NCBI GenBank assembly: GCA_951406725.2
Contig: OX597831.1
Location: 21,142,001-21,206,000, forward strand
DNA: 64,000 nt
Source of the DNA: Octopus vulgaris
Taxonomy: Eukaryota
Direction of reading: 5' to 3'
How positions within the stretch are numbered: the stretch's first letter is position 1; the number at the start of each line of letters is the position of its first letter. The notes beneath the pieces were generated by a model, which searched no databases, was not told where the DNA came from, and saw only the letters and a list, made by a program, of their open reading frames with translations. The position numbers and the translations under genes are program-made. Of this stretch, positions 12,506 to 24,807 are shown piece after piece.

Positions 12506-13231
12506 TTAAGGGTAGAAATTGATATTTATCAATTAAGACCAGTGGTCTAGCATATTAAAAAAGAATCCGAAGATTAAAATATTTATATATACCAATTAAG
12601 GACTGAACACGAAAAGTGGACAGTCAACATGCTAGATATAGACGTCAAATTTGTGGTGAATGACGATTTGACGTCTATATCTAGCATGTTGACTGTCCAC
12701 TTTTCGTGTTCAGTCCTTAATTGGTATATATAAATATTTTAATCTTCGGATTCTTTTTTAATATGCTAGACCACTGGTCTTAATTGATAAATATCAATTT
12801 CTACCCTTAATTAATTTTATATAAATAAATATGTTCTCTAACCGATAAATTAACTGCTGCTAATTATTAGCTGCAGGCTAGTTTTCTCGGGTTTCAACGC
12901 GCCAAAGTAAAGGCATTTGAAAGATATATTCAAATGTAATAGGCTGAACTCCATGCACGCGATATTTCGGTATCGTGTTTGCATCTAGTCCAGCAAATTA
13001 CATTTATAACGGACCATGCTGATGATGGCTGCAGTTTTCCTTGCGGAAAATAACAGCTGAAACTAAGTTAGTACATGGGTAATTATTTTATTTCGTATAT
13101 TTTTCACTTGTTTATTGCTATGGTTTTGTGTTGAGTTTGATCTGAGAACATAATCTTTTGTGGTGAATGACGATTTGACGTCTATATCTAGCATGTTGAC
13201 TGTCCACTTTTCGTGTTCAGTCCTTAATTGG

Positions 13232-13239
<8 letters not shown>
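12500..13239 (+). mobile_element. Non-autonomous Penelope-like/retrozyme element with inverted 5' duplication, terminal direct repeat and hammerhead
   Basis: 151-bp perfect inverted arms 12500-12650 and 12666-12816. 12650-12732 is directly repeated at 13157-13239 (period 507). (TA)n lies on both sides. Confidence 0.75.
13014..13078 (+). ncRNA. Type I hammerhead ribozyme (intact core)
   Basis: Stem I ccatg/catgg; CUGAUGA; stem II ggcug/cagcu with inner uuuucc/ggaaaa; GAAA; stem III cuaa-g-uuag; GUA cleavage triplet. Confidence 0.85.
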
Positions 13240-13264
<25 letters not shown>

Positions 13265-13902
13265 GTATATATATGCACATATACAGACACAGGCATGCAC
13301 GCACATTTATACTTAAAAAAAAAAGATATTTAATTAGCCTCGATCGTTTAATTAAAAAAGAATTTCCTAATTACCATGTTTAATTGAACACAGTCTTCTA
13401 ATCATCAATCTCACAAATTGTCCATCATCGTTATTTGTTTATCGATCACCAATCAAACGTGAATACAACATCACAACCTTTAGATACTGCCCGATCATTT
13501 TATGTCGATGCAGTTTCTACAACCATTATCTTGGCTAAGCTCCAAGTCTCCGAGAGAATTATCTCTTTAAGCTAGTTTGATTTGTTAATCTTGCATGTTT
13601 CAATCATACATTCTTTGACTGGAATCATTGGATAGACGGCGACCATGCTGGAGCGCCACCTTTAACATGTTAGTTCATTATATTGATCGGGTTACTAATG
13701 TTTGTCTGACATTCTTATTGGCGGTCGATAATTATCGAATCTTCAGGTTACAGGCAGTGAACATTGACAGTAAATAAGATTATAGTTAAGCATATATAAA
13801 TGTGTGTATGTACGTGTGTCTGTGTATGTGAGAGCGTGTGAGCGTGTATATGTGTCTATGTATATGTATATATATATAGATTAGCGTATGTGTATGTATA
13901 TA

Positions 13903-13945
<43 letters not shown>

Positions 13946-14524
13946 ATATATATATATATATATATATAACAACAATTGAGGAACGGCTATAATAGGCCGT
14001 TCGACCCACTAGAAATAGCAGCAAGGGCTCCAACCGCAAATAGTAGTGATTCCGAAATCAGAGGAAAAATTAAAAAAATATTTACCCTGTTCATATATAT
14101 ATATATATATCTTTATATCTTTATATTTTTATATCTTTATCTTTTATTATATTTTATTATCGTTTATAATTATATTTATATTTATATATATTTTTTGTGA
14201 TCCCAACACCATTAACGTTTCCTTCTCTTCCCCTCTATTCTTCATTTTCTCTTTTTTCCCAACATCCAATCCTCCTTATTTCCTTCCCTTACAAGAGGAA
14301 TGAACCCAACCGGAATCTACCCAGTATTCACTCTATCTTGAGTGAGAAAACGGTATGGACGGATTTTTGGAGTCCAATAATACCCTGTACGCCTATTTGA
14401 TTATGAAGATTTACAAACATACTTTCCCAGTGATACTCGGTTTACCTACCATTATAAATAATACCAAATGCTCTTTCTCAAACCTTTTATAATGTGATAC
14501 AAGTCTTTGGTGTAGCAATTGCAT

Positions 14525-14616
14525 GCGGCTGAAGAGGGCTTTAAACTATCTGTTATGTCGATTATGCATTGATGTAAGAATAAGTTGTTTTATAAAGCTC
14601 GAAACATGTGTACCGC
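14525..14616 (+). ncRNA. Type I minimal hammerhead ribozyme (intact core)
   Basis: Stem I gcgg/ccgc; CUGAAGA; stem II gggcuuua/uaaagcuc with a long loop; GAAA-caugug-UA. Confidence 0.78.
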
Positions 14617-14814
14617 GATATCCTTTGTGTTCTATTTTTAATTTCATTTGATATATATATATATATATATATATAATAAAAATTTACATATATAAATATA
14701 AATAACGTGAAATACACGAACGGACGAACATAAAAAACAGACGGGTCATTCAAAGCCTTCATTCTTCAGTTAGATACCGATTCATCATTGCAAATTTCGG
14801 CTGTTTGTATATTT

Positions 14815-15037
14815 TTGTGTGTCTGTGTTTGTCCCTCCAACATCGCTTGAGAACCGATGCTGGTGTGTTTACGTCCCCGTAACTTAGCGGTTCGGCAAAA
14901 GAGACCGATAGAATAAGTAATAAATAGGTTTACAAAGAATAAGTCCTGGGGGGCGATTTGCTCGACTAAAGGCGATGCTCTAGCATGCCCACTGTCAAAT
15001 GACTGAAAAAAAGTAAAAGAGTAAAAGAGTAAAAGAG
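14815..15037 (+). mobile_element. SINE family A, 3' half
   Basis: accgatgctggtgtgtttacgtccccgtaacttagcggttcgg...gactgaaa...(gtaaaaga)n tail. Confidence 0.85.
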
Positions 15038-15590
15038 AAACGACTAGAAGAGTACTGAGTGAAAGCTAATAACCAACTGAAAAAAAAACAAGAAGCTAGG
15101 GACTCACATCAGTGAGGTGTGCGCGGTGTGCATTTCCCCCCAGATGCTCCGATAAGCCAGCTAATGTCAGGTATGTGGAGCACTCAACTGGTAGCACATA
15201 TATATTTGCGAATTGTTTGTAAATAACATATATGCTTAAAAGAGGGAATGGTATTGGGTGTGTATACCTGTGTGTGACTGTATGTGTTCTTTTATATTTA
15301 TGCGTGTATATAATCCGGTGAGGTTAGGCATGGCTTAAAGGCGTCAGCTAACCAAATTCGATTATTTATATCCTACCTTAGGTATCGAGGAATTTTATAT
15401 AGTTTCCTATAATTCACAGATGCCCAACGACACAGACACATACATCCACATGCACAGACATAATTTATGCATCTGTGCATACATACATACACACACACAC
15501 ACACACATATATATATACACACGGACGCAATCATATTTAAGGTTTCACAGGAATATAATAAACACACATGAGGTTTACGTGTATTTCTGT

Positions 15591-15668
<78 letters not shown>

Positions 15669-15862
15669 GCATGATACTTACATAGATAACTATAGAAAAT
15701 ATATTCTATGAAATGAAGTAAGAAACACACACACACAATCACGCATATACGCACATGCAGGCATGTACGCATGCATATCTGATAAAATGCTTTGTGCAAC
15801 GTTCAATAAGCATGACAGGTACTAAATTTTGGCTCCACCATTGAAATTTCATAGATTGTGTA

Positions 15863-15897
<35 letters not shown>

Positions 15898-15954
15898 ATA
15901 TGTATATATGTATGTATTTATATATATATATATACATATATATGTGTATAAATA

Positions 15955-16019
<65 letters not shown>

Positions 16020-16108
16020 ATATAAATATATTTATATATATATGTATATACATATATCTTAAATATATGTATGCATATATTATATATATGTATGTGTATA
16101 TATATATT

Positions 16109-16142
<34 letters not shown>

Positions 16143-16215
16143 CATATATATATACATACATATATATATATACATATATATATATACATACACATATATA
16201 TATGTATATATAAAT

Positions 16216-16274
<59 letters not shown>

Positions 16275-16275
<1 letters not shown>

Positions 16276-16525
16276 TTGTTTCAGTCAGTGGACAGCGGCC
16301 AAGCTAGAGCACGTCATTTGGTTGAACGAAACGACATCAGGATTTATTCTTCGTAAGCCAAGTACTTATTTTATCGGTCCCTTATGCCGCAGCGTTAAGT
16401 TTCGTGTTTCGGAGATGTAAACACACCAGCCACGGGCCCAGCAAAGCCATGTTAATGGATTCAGTAGAGGGATAGTGAAAGAAATCCGTCGTACACTCAG
16501 AGACACACACCTATATATTTATGTA

Positions 16526-16596
<71 letters not shown>

Positions 16597-16806
16597 TAAC
16601 CTCCACCCCTATCGCTTAACAACCGATGCTGGTGTGTTTACATCTCCGACACACGAAACTTAACGGTGCAGCATAAGAGACCGATAAAATAAGTACTTGG
16701 CTTCCGAAGAATAAATCCTGATGTCGTTTCGTTCAACCAAATGGTGTGCTCTAGCTTGGCCGTTGTCCACTGACTGAAACAAGTAAAAGAATATAAGAAT
16801 AAAAGA
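16275..16806. mobile_element. Two diverged SINE family A fragments, minus (16275-16430) and plus (16432-16806)
   Basis: Homology to the family A tail and body in opposite orientations. Confidence 0.7.
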
Positions 16807-16840
16807 AATAATTCAAAAGAATATGTCTATATATATATTT

Positions 16841-16888
<48 letters not shown>

Positions 16889-16918
16889 GAGGCAGGCAAC
16901 ATACATGAATAAATATAT

Positions 16919-16958
<40 letters not shown>

Positions 16959-17344
16959 GTTATATATATATAGCGTTAATGCATCTTATATAACACTATT
17001 ATATAACATAACCACACTCTTACAAACACACACACACATACACATACGTACATATTTTGTGAAACACTTTTTAATTTTGTTTTGTTTATCCTGTAGTAAG
17101 AAACAAAGATAAATCTTAAAATGTGTTTAATGTTTATTTCTGGAATGACTTCCATATTTTCTCGTTGATTTCTTCCTAAAGTATATAAAGGGTATCCGGG
17201 GTCACGCTGAAGGTAATATATCTTAAAGAATGTGTTGGTCTTATCGATTAAGCTATTACTTTAAACCATGTCATTTTCTCTCTCTCACTCACACACACAT
17301 GTGTGTGTCTATATATATATATAGGAATGTATATATATATAGAC

Positions 17345-17401
<57 letters not shown>

Positions 17402-17408
<7 letters not shown>

Positions 17409-17575
17409 TAAAAGCAGCAGAAATTCAACAAAACATGTTACTCGGAGGTTCACGTTCCCGTTCGTCGGACAGTTTTGTCAAAATTTTTGCTAAAATTTTA
17501 GCATATTACTCTACCCCTGGTATTTGAGTACTCTTTTTTCCACCTCTTTTTTCCACATTTATGCGTTTACTCCGG
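17402..17575. mobile_element. Penelope-like fragment in (TA)n with internal inversion and variant hammerhead (minus, ~17434-17471)
   Basis: Minus strand reads ctgt-CCGACGA-acg ggaa cgt-GAAC-ctccgag-TA-acat. The same family occurs at 57130-57263 and ~30140. Confidence 0.6.
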
Positions 17576-17751
17576 TATATATATACACATACATACATAC
17601 ATACATACATACATACACATCCTTATGCAAGTGTGTCACTGTGTATGTATTTTATGTGTACACTCGCATATTTATAAAGGCAAACGCAAACACACACACA
17701 TAAACGCATATACACACACACGTATGTACATGTACCTGTGTCTTTTATTTA

Positions 17752-17935
17752 TTACTTATTTCAGTCATTGGACTGCGGTCATGCTGGTGCAAATGGCTCC
17801 AACTACTTATTTTGAAACCCGGTACTTATTCTATCGGCCTCTTTTGCCGACCCGCTAGATTAACAGGACGTAAATAAACTAACACCAGTTGTGATTATGC
17901 AGCGGTGGATACACACAAACGCAAAGATACACACG
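17752..17935 (-). mobile_element. SINE family A, diverged 3' half
   Basis: tttcagtcattggactgcggtcatgctgg...tacttattctatcgg. Confidence 0.7.
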
Positions 17936-17942
17936 CACATAG

Positions 17943-17995
<53 letters not shown>

Positions 17996-18169
17996 CAATG
18001 TGGTAACCAAAATTAACAAGCCCTTTGTAGCCTGGTTTTCCGCCACTAGAAGCCTCTTGATGCGACCTTCAGGCAGCAGTCTTCTGGCCGACGTCCTACT
18101 ATGATGTGATACTCCCACATGTAGCGTCTTTGTTTTGCAGTACCTCTCTCCTACCCATCGACTTTTGCG

Positions 18170-18815
18170 ATGGCTGAAACGTAGGAACAGTGAGTTGCCG
18201 TGAAATTCTGTTTTCTGCCGGGAAAAACGGTGGCCGATATAGTTGTCATGCCTGAAACAGCTTACACTGACGTTGCTATGAGCAAAACACAAGCTTACGG
18301 GTGTTTTCACGCTTTAAGAATGCCTCCTGTCGCTTGAGGACAATCCTTGTACAGGGCACTGTCAACTTCCTAAACGAACGATAACATCACGTAAATTCAT
18401 GAACTGATCTAGGAGGGCCGTCGTCGAACAATTGATAAACTTGTTGATATTACTGTTGTGTCTTAGAGCTACTGTCAAAAAATTTTGAGCGAGGAATCGT
18501 GAAGGAAAAGAGTTGCAGCCAAATTTGTGCCTCGCTTGCTCACAGAAGGTCAAAAGCAGTCATGACTGAATGCGTGTCATCAACTGAAATAACAGTTGGA
18601 AGTTGATCTGGAACTTTTTTCGAAGGCCATCACTGATGACGAAAGCTGCTGCTACGGCTACGACCCGGAAGCGAAGTAGCAATCAAGTCAAAGGAAGCTT
18701 TCGTTATCATAATGCCCCCGAAAGCGATGTTGATTTGTTTCATCGCTGCGAAAGGAGCTGTCCATACAGAATTTGTTCCTTCTGGTCAAACTGTTAAGCA
18801 GACATTTAACTGCTC
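18170..18815 (+). pseudogene. Decayed mariner transposase fragment
   Basis: Translates AVKFCFLPGKT...AMSKTQAY...RRRTIDKL...KRVAAKFVPRLLTEGQK...ITDDESCCYGYDPEAK...KAMLICF...HTEFVPSGQTV (WVPHEL and TGDExW-type motifs), with stops. Confidence 0.9.
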
Positions 18816-18877
18816 TATACCACAGATTTGCTTGTCAGTTGTTTGACCTTAAGCAGTTGAGCATGTATAATACATAG

Positions 18878-18957
<80 letters not shown>

Positions 18958-18965
<8 letters not shown>

Positions 18966-19393
18966 ATTAGGGCTTAGTAAAATAAATTACTTTGCCACAT
19001 ACTGAACTTTCTAGAAATAGCAGCTAAAAAGTTTTTAGCCATTTCCACTACTTTAAAAAAACTTCTCTCAGATAATGTTTACTCAAAAATAACCCACGAA
19101 GGTATGGAGGTAAAAACAGTAAAATATCACAAGTACATTTTACTGTTTTTACCTCCATACCTTCGTGGGTTATTTTTGAGTAAACATTATCTGAGAGAAG
19201 TTTTTTTAAAGTAGTGGAAATGGCTAAAAACTTTTTAGCTGCTATTTCTAGAAAGTTCAGTATGTGGCAAAGTAATTTATTTTACTAAGCCCTAATTATA
19301 TAATGTAATATTTTGAATTCGCCTTAAATGGTCCTTTTACATACTGAACACTACTTGGTGAAATTGATTAATAACTAATTAATTTTACCCTCA

Positions 19394-19395
<2 letters not shown>
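18958..19395. mobile_element. Fold-back element in (TA)n
   Basis: 168-bp perfect inverted arms 18958-19125 and 19137-19304 with an 11-nt spacer, plus a ~90-bp unique tail ending aattttaccct. Confidence 0.8.
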
Positions 19396-19478
<83 letters not shown>

Positions 19479-19831
19479 GTATATATATATGTATATAAAT
19501 ATACGCAGCCAAACAGAGGGTGTGTTAAAAACGTATATGATCTCTGTGTGTGTGTGTGTGTGTATTATGTTAAACTAATAAACATCAGAGGTAACATTTT
19601 AGATGAACTAAGTTAATATGAACAAATTTAATATAATAATTATCAATATTAAATTTTATTATTATTGTTCTTATGATGATTGTGATTATTAATAGAGTTA
19701 TTAGATATTTCCGTTTGAAATAAAATTGAAACGCAACGCTTGAATGCATGATTGAGGTTAGATGTCCATGGGGCAGTTCTGTGGAAAGACCTCCGTGTTT
19801 CTCATATTGTCCTATCTATCTATTTATCTAA

Positions 19832-19906
<75 letters not shown>

Positions 19907-20091
19907 ATGCATACATACATGCATGCTTACATGCTGACATAGGCATACAGACAAATGCACACGAATACGTATTTGTAATGGTGTATGTACGTAAGTAATT
20001 TTCCATCTGTTGCTCTACATATACCTAACATTTCCACTGTTAGTATATGTGTGATTATCCTGTTTCTCTGGAAATATATGAGCATATACGA

Positions 20092-20134
<43 letters not shown>

Positions 20135-20139
<5 letters not shown>

Positions 20140-20388
20140 ATAAAAGCGTTAATTTAATTATCGATCTTATCAAGTGGCCAGCTTGGGAGTAAAAACCTTC
20201 AGAGGTAATAATAATTATTAAAATTATAATTTAGGGTATCTAAGAGATACATTCACGCTGGAAATAACAACCAGGACCTTGACTCTAAAACAAAATTAAA
20301 TGAACATTTAATGTGGTTTTAGAGTCAAGTTTTGAGTGCTATTTCCAGCGTGGAGGTATCTCTTAGATACCCTAAATTATAATTTTAT
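20135..20388. mobile_element. Older fold-back element in (TA)n
   Basis: Imperfect inverted repeat ~20220-20300 / ~20305-20387 (aaaattataatttagggtatctaagagatac / gtatctcttagataccctaaattataatttt). Confidence 0.7.
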
Positions 20389-20402
20389 ATATATATACAT
20401 AT

Positions 20403-20447
<45 letters not shown>

Positions 20448-20741
20448 CATACATATATATATATATATATACACACACATACATTCATATACATACACAC
20501 ATATATATATATACATATATGTATGTATATATATATAAATTAGAAAAAGACCACCTTTTATCAATTCAATAATGAAAAATTAAATTACACCATTTAGAAA
20601 AATTATATAACATAGGAAGATTAAATACATACATACCTACAATGCTAAGTTACAATCCGAGTTCATTTACCAGTATCACTGTTAACCATTCATTCCGTAC
20701 ACATACTACCTAATATTATTACATGCAATATATTACAAATC

Positions 20742-20800
20742 TCTTTTACTCTTTTACTTGTTTCAGTCATTTGACTGCGGCCATGCTGGAGCACCGTCTT
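20742..20800 (-). mobile_element. SINE family A tail
   Basis: ctcttttactcttttacttgtttcagtcatttgactgcggccatgctggagcacc. Confidence 0.75.
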
Positions 20801-20819
20801 TTAAAATGCTTCGGTAATA

Positions 20820-20892
20820 TGGAGAATGCGTGTATCGATCCCGGGACCTCTCGCATGCAAAGCGAGCGCTCTACCATCTGAGCTAATTCCCC
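20820..20892 (-). tRNA. tRNA-Ala (anticodon TGC), possibly a pseudogene
   Basis: GGGGAATTAGCTCAGATGGTAGAGCGCTCGCTTTGCATGCGAGAGGTCCCGGGATCGATACACGCATTCTCCA, 73 nt. G3:U70 present; D and anticodon stems intact; TTTT ~13 nt downstream. The T-stem has two mismatches. Confidence 0.85.
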
Positions 20893-21239
20893 ATCTCCGT
20901 AATAAATGTAATATATTCGTGCGAAATATACGTACATCATACTATATCAAATATTTAGTCAATTCACGTTCAGAGTTAATATTTCCTATGGTGAAAATAA
21001 ATGAATATCCATTTAAAATATATTATAATTTTCATGTACTCATATGCGCATATTTCCAATACACATTTGTTGTCATATATTTGTTGCAGTCATTGGATTG
21101 CATCCAATCTGGAGCACTGCTTCTATGTTTCACTCGAAGGAATCGACAACTTCAATTTCTTTTCTAAATCTGGTACTTTATTCTGTCGTATTCTTTCTGT
21201 CGAACTTTACAGGCACTGAAACAAACCAGCACCAGTCGA

Positions 21240-21760
21240 TATATATCGCAACCAGGGAGAGAGCTATTCCAGCGATCGAGACCATCAGAGCGAATGGTTT
21301 CGCATTACTATGGTCATTCTCGGTGAGAGGTAAGCAGTTGGAGAGAAGGCGTCCTCTTGGAGATACAACAGCAGTATCGTCCTGTCTTAGAGAACACCCA
21401 TAATTAGATGGCGACTAAAATTAATTCTCAGTAGAGATACAACTTTCGTCTCTGATAGAGATTTTCTTAACGAGCTAATTAGTGACTGTGTGTCATATTG
21501 CAAGCAGGGGTGAACTACTGCTATGACTAGAGGGCGAGTATCCGTCATGGAAGATGACCATAATAAGGTCATGACCGTGCGGTTGACTGTCTCGATGGCT
21601 CGAATAGTTCGAAGGTTCTCTCCTCACTTTCAATATATATATATATCCAGTGAGAAGCGCACTGGATAAACAGCTGGAGGAGGCGTACTCCTGGGGTTAA
21701 AATAGCAATACTTACGTTCTTAGAGGTCGCCAATATTTAGATGACGATAAACAATAGAGC
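21240..21760 (-). mobile_element. Diverged element with direct (21333-21425 / 21669-21755) and short inverted duplications
   Basis: cagttggagagaaggcgtcctcttggag vs cagctggaggaggcgtactcctgggg. Homologous to the element at 52173-52272. Confidence 0.55.
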
Positions 21761-21901
21761 TTTATGATATATATATATGTATATAAATATATATATATAT
21801 ATGTAAATTAGAGAAAAACCGCTATTATGTAATTCAAACAATTGTGATATTTGATTTAATACAAAATTGAATTCTTTCCTGTAAGTTTGGAGTTATACTC
21901 C

Positions 21902-21902
21902 C

Positions 21903-21954
<52 letters not shown>

Positions 21955-22102
21955 GTTGTTGTTGTTGTTGTTGTTGTTATTATTATTATTATTGTTATTA
22001 TTATTATTACTATTATTATTACTATTATTATTATTGTTGTTGTTGTTATTATTATTGTTGTTGTTGTTATTATTATTATTATCATTATTATTATTATCAT
22101 TA
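21902..22102. repeat. (TTA/TTG)n microsatellite
   Basis: Direct inspection. Source of the poly-L and poly-I ORFs. Confidence 0.95.
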
Positions 22103-22757
22103 TATATATATATATATATATATCAACAGCAGTTTACTATTCTGTTCCTCATGTTCCAAATTCGTTTCCTCTGCTCCCCTAGAACGGCACCCTTACAATT
22201 ACACACACCACAAACCTCCTCCCTTCCTCTACTCTCTTACTCCATCTCACACAACGTACCTACGTCGTTAATCTCAGTACCCACACCACATACGCTATTA
22301 TGCCCATACAGCATGTGCATGCACCAACAAGCACTCACACGCACATACAAAGCCACACACACACACATCGTTCAACACGGCACACGCATGACTTTAGTCG
22401 TAAACATACACACGCACGCTCTCATACGTACACGCGCGCACACACACGAATGCACACACAAACATACACATACACACACAGACGCTAACAAAATCCTATG
22501 CTTGCCCACACATACATACCCACCGTTAATCCAGGCGCAATCTTATCCCAATTTTCTATCTCTCTCCGTTTTCTTTCATCATTCCTTTCTGTCGAACCGT
22601 GAAACACTTCTACGTTTCCCTGAGCTTGTGACTAATACAACTTGTTTGTGGCTACCTAACCTGTCACTGTCATCTGTTTCTTTTTTCTTTTGGACTTTGT
22701 ACAGATCGCTAGCCACTACACATTCCATATTGTCTCTCCTTGTTTCTTTCTGTGTTC

Positions 22758-22880
22758 CTCTCTGTGGAAGACCGTAGGCCGAATCGTTAAAGACTTTTTC
22801 ACTTCCCGAAGTTAAATTAATATATCTCTTTGTTGTCTACACCACCTGTCTTCGTCTTTTGTTTTTTTGAATTCTCTCCA
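22758..22880 (+). mobile_element. Penelope-like terminal fragment with variant hammerhead
   Basis: ctct-CTGTGGA-a-gacc gta ggcc-GAAT-cg-TT-aaag and a tail ending in (TA)n. Matches 61280-61400 minus. Confidence 0.6.
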
Positions 22881-22911
22881 TATATATATATCTATACACA
22901 CATTCTCACAC

Positions 22912-23020
<109 letters not shown>

Positions 23021-23453
23021 TGTATATATATATATGATTATATATTTATATGTATGTATGTGTATGTATATTTATATATTTGTGCAAGTGTAACCTGCAT
23101 TGAGAACAGTACTGCATGTAATTCGCTGTCTTTATAACAACGACCTACTTCACATGTAGAACCTTTATAGGCAAAATACACTTCAACACATAGAATTCAG
23201 TTGAAAAAACATTTCTATGAAGATTTCCTGAAAAAGTGGCCTTAACCGTAGAATATTGACACATAACTTAAAGTTCAAACCAAGGTTATTTTTATAACTA
23301 GCATGTATATCGATAAAAAATATGTATATGTGTACACAATCATATATACATATCGACGCATGCATACTAATATGTCTTCAGTTTACAAATACATTTTTGG
23401 TAAATTCGCACAAAATTTTTATTATTAGCAACGAAATTCAATATCCCCTATTG

Positions 23454-23524
<71 letters not shown>

Positions 23525-23754
23525 CGCACACACACTCACATATATATACATACATACGTACTTACAGATATATCTGCAGAAATAAATATGTATGTACAAA
23601 ATTTGGAAGATGGAAAGGTAGCAATCATCTCAGATGGTGCACTTTTTTCCATTGTTTGTTGTTTTTTTTCATACAGGCAATAGAGTTATCGTAGAAGCCA
23701 TATAGGGATGCATGTCATACCATATATCATATCACCCACCCACACATATATACA

Positions 23755-23827
<73 letters not shown>

Positions 23828-23829
<2 letters not shown>

Positions 23830-23847
23830 AATGTGTGTAGGTGTCTT

Positions 23848-23896
<49 letters not shown>

Positions 23897-23957
23897 GTGT
23901 GTAGGTGTCTTTGTGTATATATATATATATATATAAATGTGTGTAGGTGTCTTTGTG

Positions 23958-23990
<33 letters not shown>

Positions 23991-24095
23991 GTGTGTAGGT
24001 GTCTTTGTGTATATATATATATATATATATAAATGTGTGTAGGTGTCTTTGTGTATATATATATATATATATAAATGTGTGTAGGTGTCTTTGTG

Positions 24096-24127
<32 letters not shown>

Positions 24128-24136
24128 AGGTGTCTT

Positions 24137-24173
<37 letters not shown>

Positions 24174-24200
24174 GTGTGTAGGTGTGTTTGTGTATATATA
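23828..24200. repeat. Compound minisatellite, 8 copies of aaatgtgtgtaggtgtctttgtg separated by variable (TA)n
   Basis: Direct inspection. Confidence 0.92.
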
Positions 24201-24589
24201 CACCTACGGCTGATATGAGAATTCTGGTAACAATAACACTAAGAATAATATTGCAAGTAATTTCTTTTTTGCAACCCTTTACGAATAAAAGATTATACGC
24301 AAGTATTGGAATGGATGTATAAATCTTGTTGCGCTGAGTTTTGCTGCATTGTTGTTGTTTTTATTATATCCTTATGGTGTTTATAGATTTTTATGTTAAA
24401 GTTACTAAGAAATGCTAACCAGAGGCTTACAAAAACTAAAATCTGCTTAATACATACATACACACATACTCACACATTCAAAGAAGCATTCATGAAACAT
24501 ACCTACACCCACATGTATATATATATAAGTATATATCTATATAATAATAGTAATGATAATTATGTGTATCATAATAATAATAATAATAA

Positions 24590-24807
24590 TAATGGTTTCC
24601 AAATTTGACACAAGAGCACCCATTTTGGAGGAGGCGATGAGTCGATTATATCGACCGCAGTGTTTTACTGGTACTTAATTTATCGACCCCGAGAAAATGA
24701 AAGGCAGAGTCGACCTCGGTGGAATTTGAACTTATAACATAGCGACGGGCGAAATACTGCTAAGCATTTCGTCCAGCGTACTAACGATTCTGCCAGCTCG
24801 CCGCCTT
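24590..24807 (-). mobile_element. SINE family B
   Basis: The reverse complement begins aaggcggcgagctggcagaatcgttag...aagttcaaattcc. Confidence 0.85.

Noticed and set aside
14009-14020. CTAGAAATAGCA matches part of the synthetic sgRNA scaffold
   Set aside because: Only 12 nt, the flanks differ, and it is part of a recurrent endogenous motif.
23828-24200. CRISPR-like repeat-spacer appearance
   Set aside because: The spacers are only (TA)n, the context is eukaryotic, and there are no cas genes.
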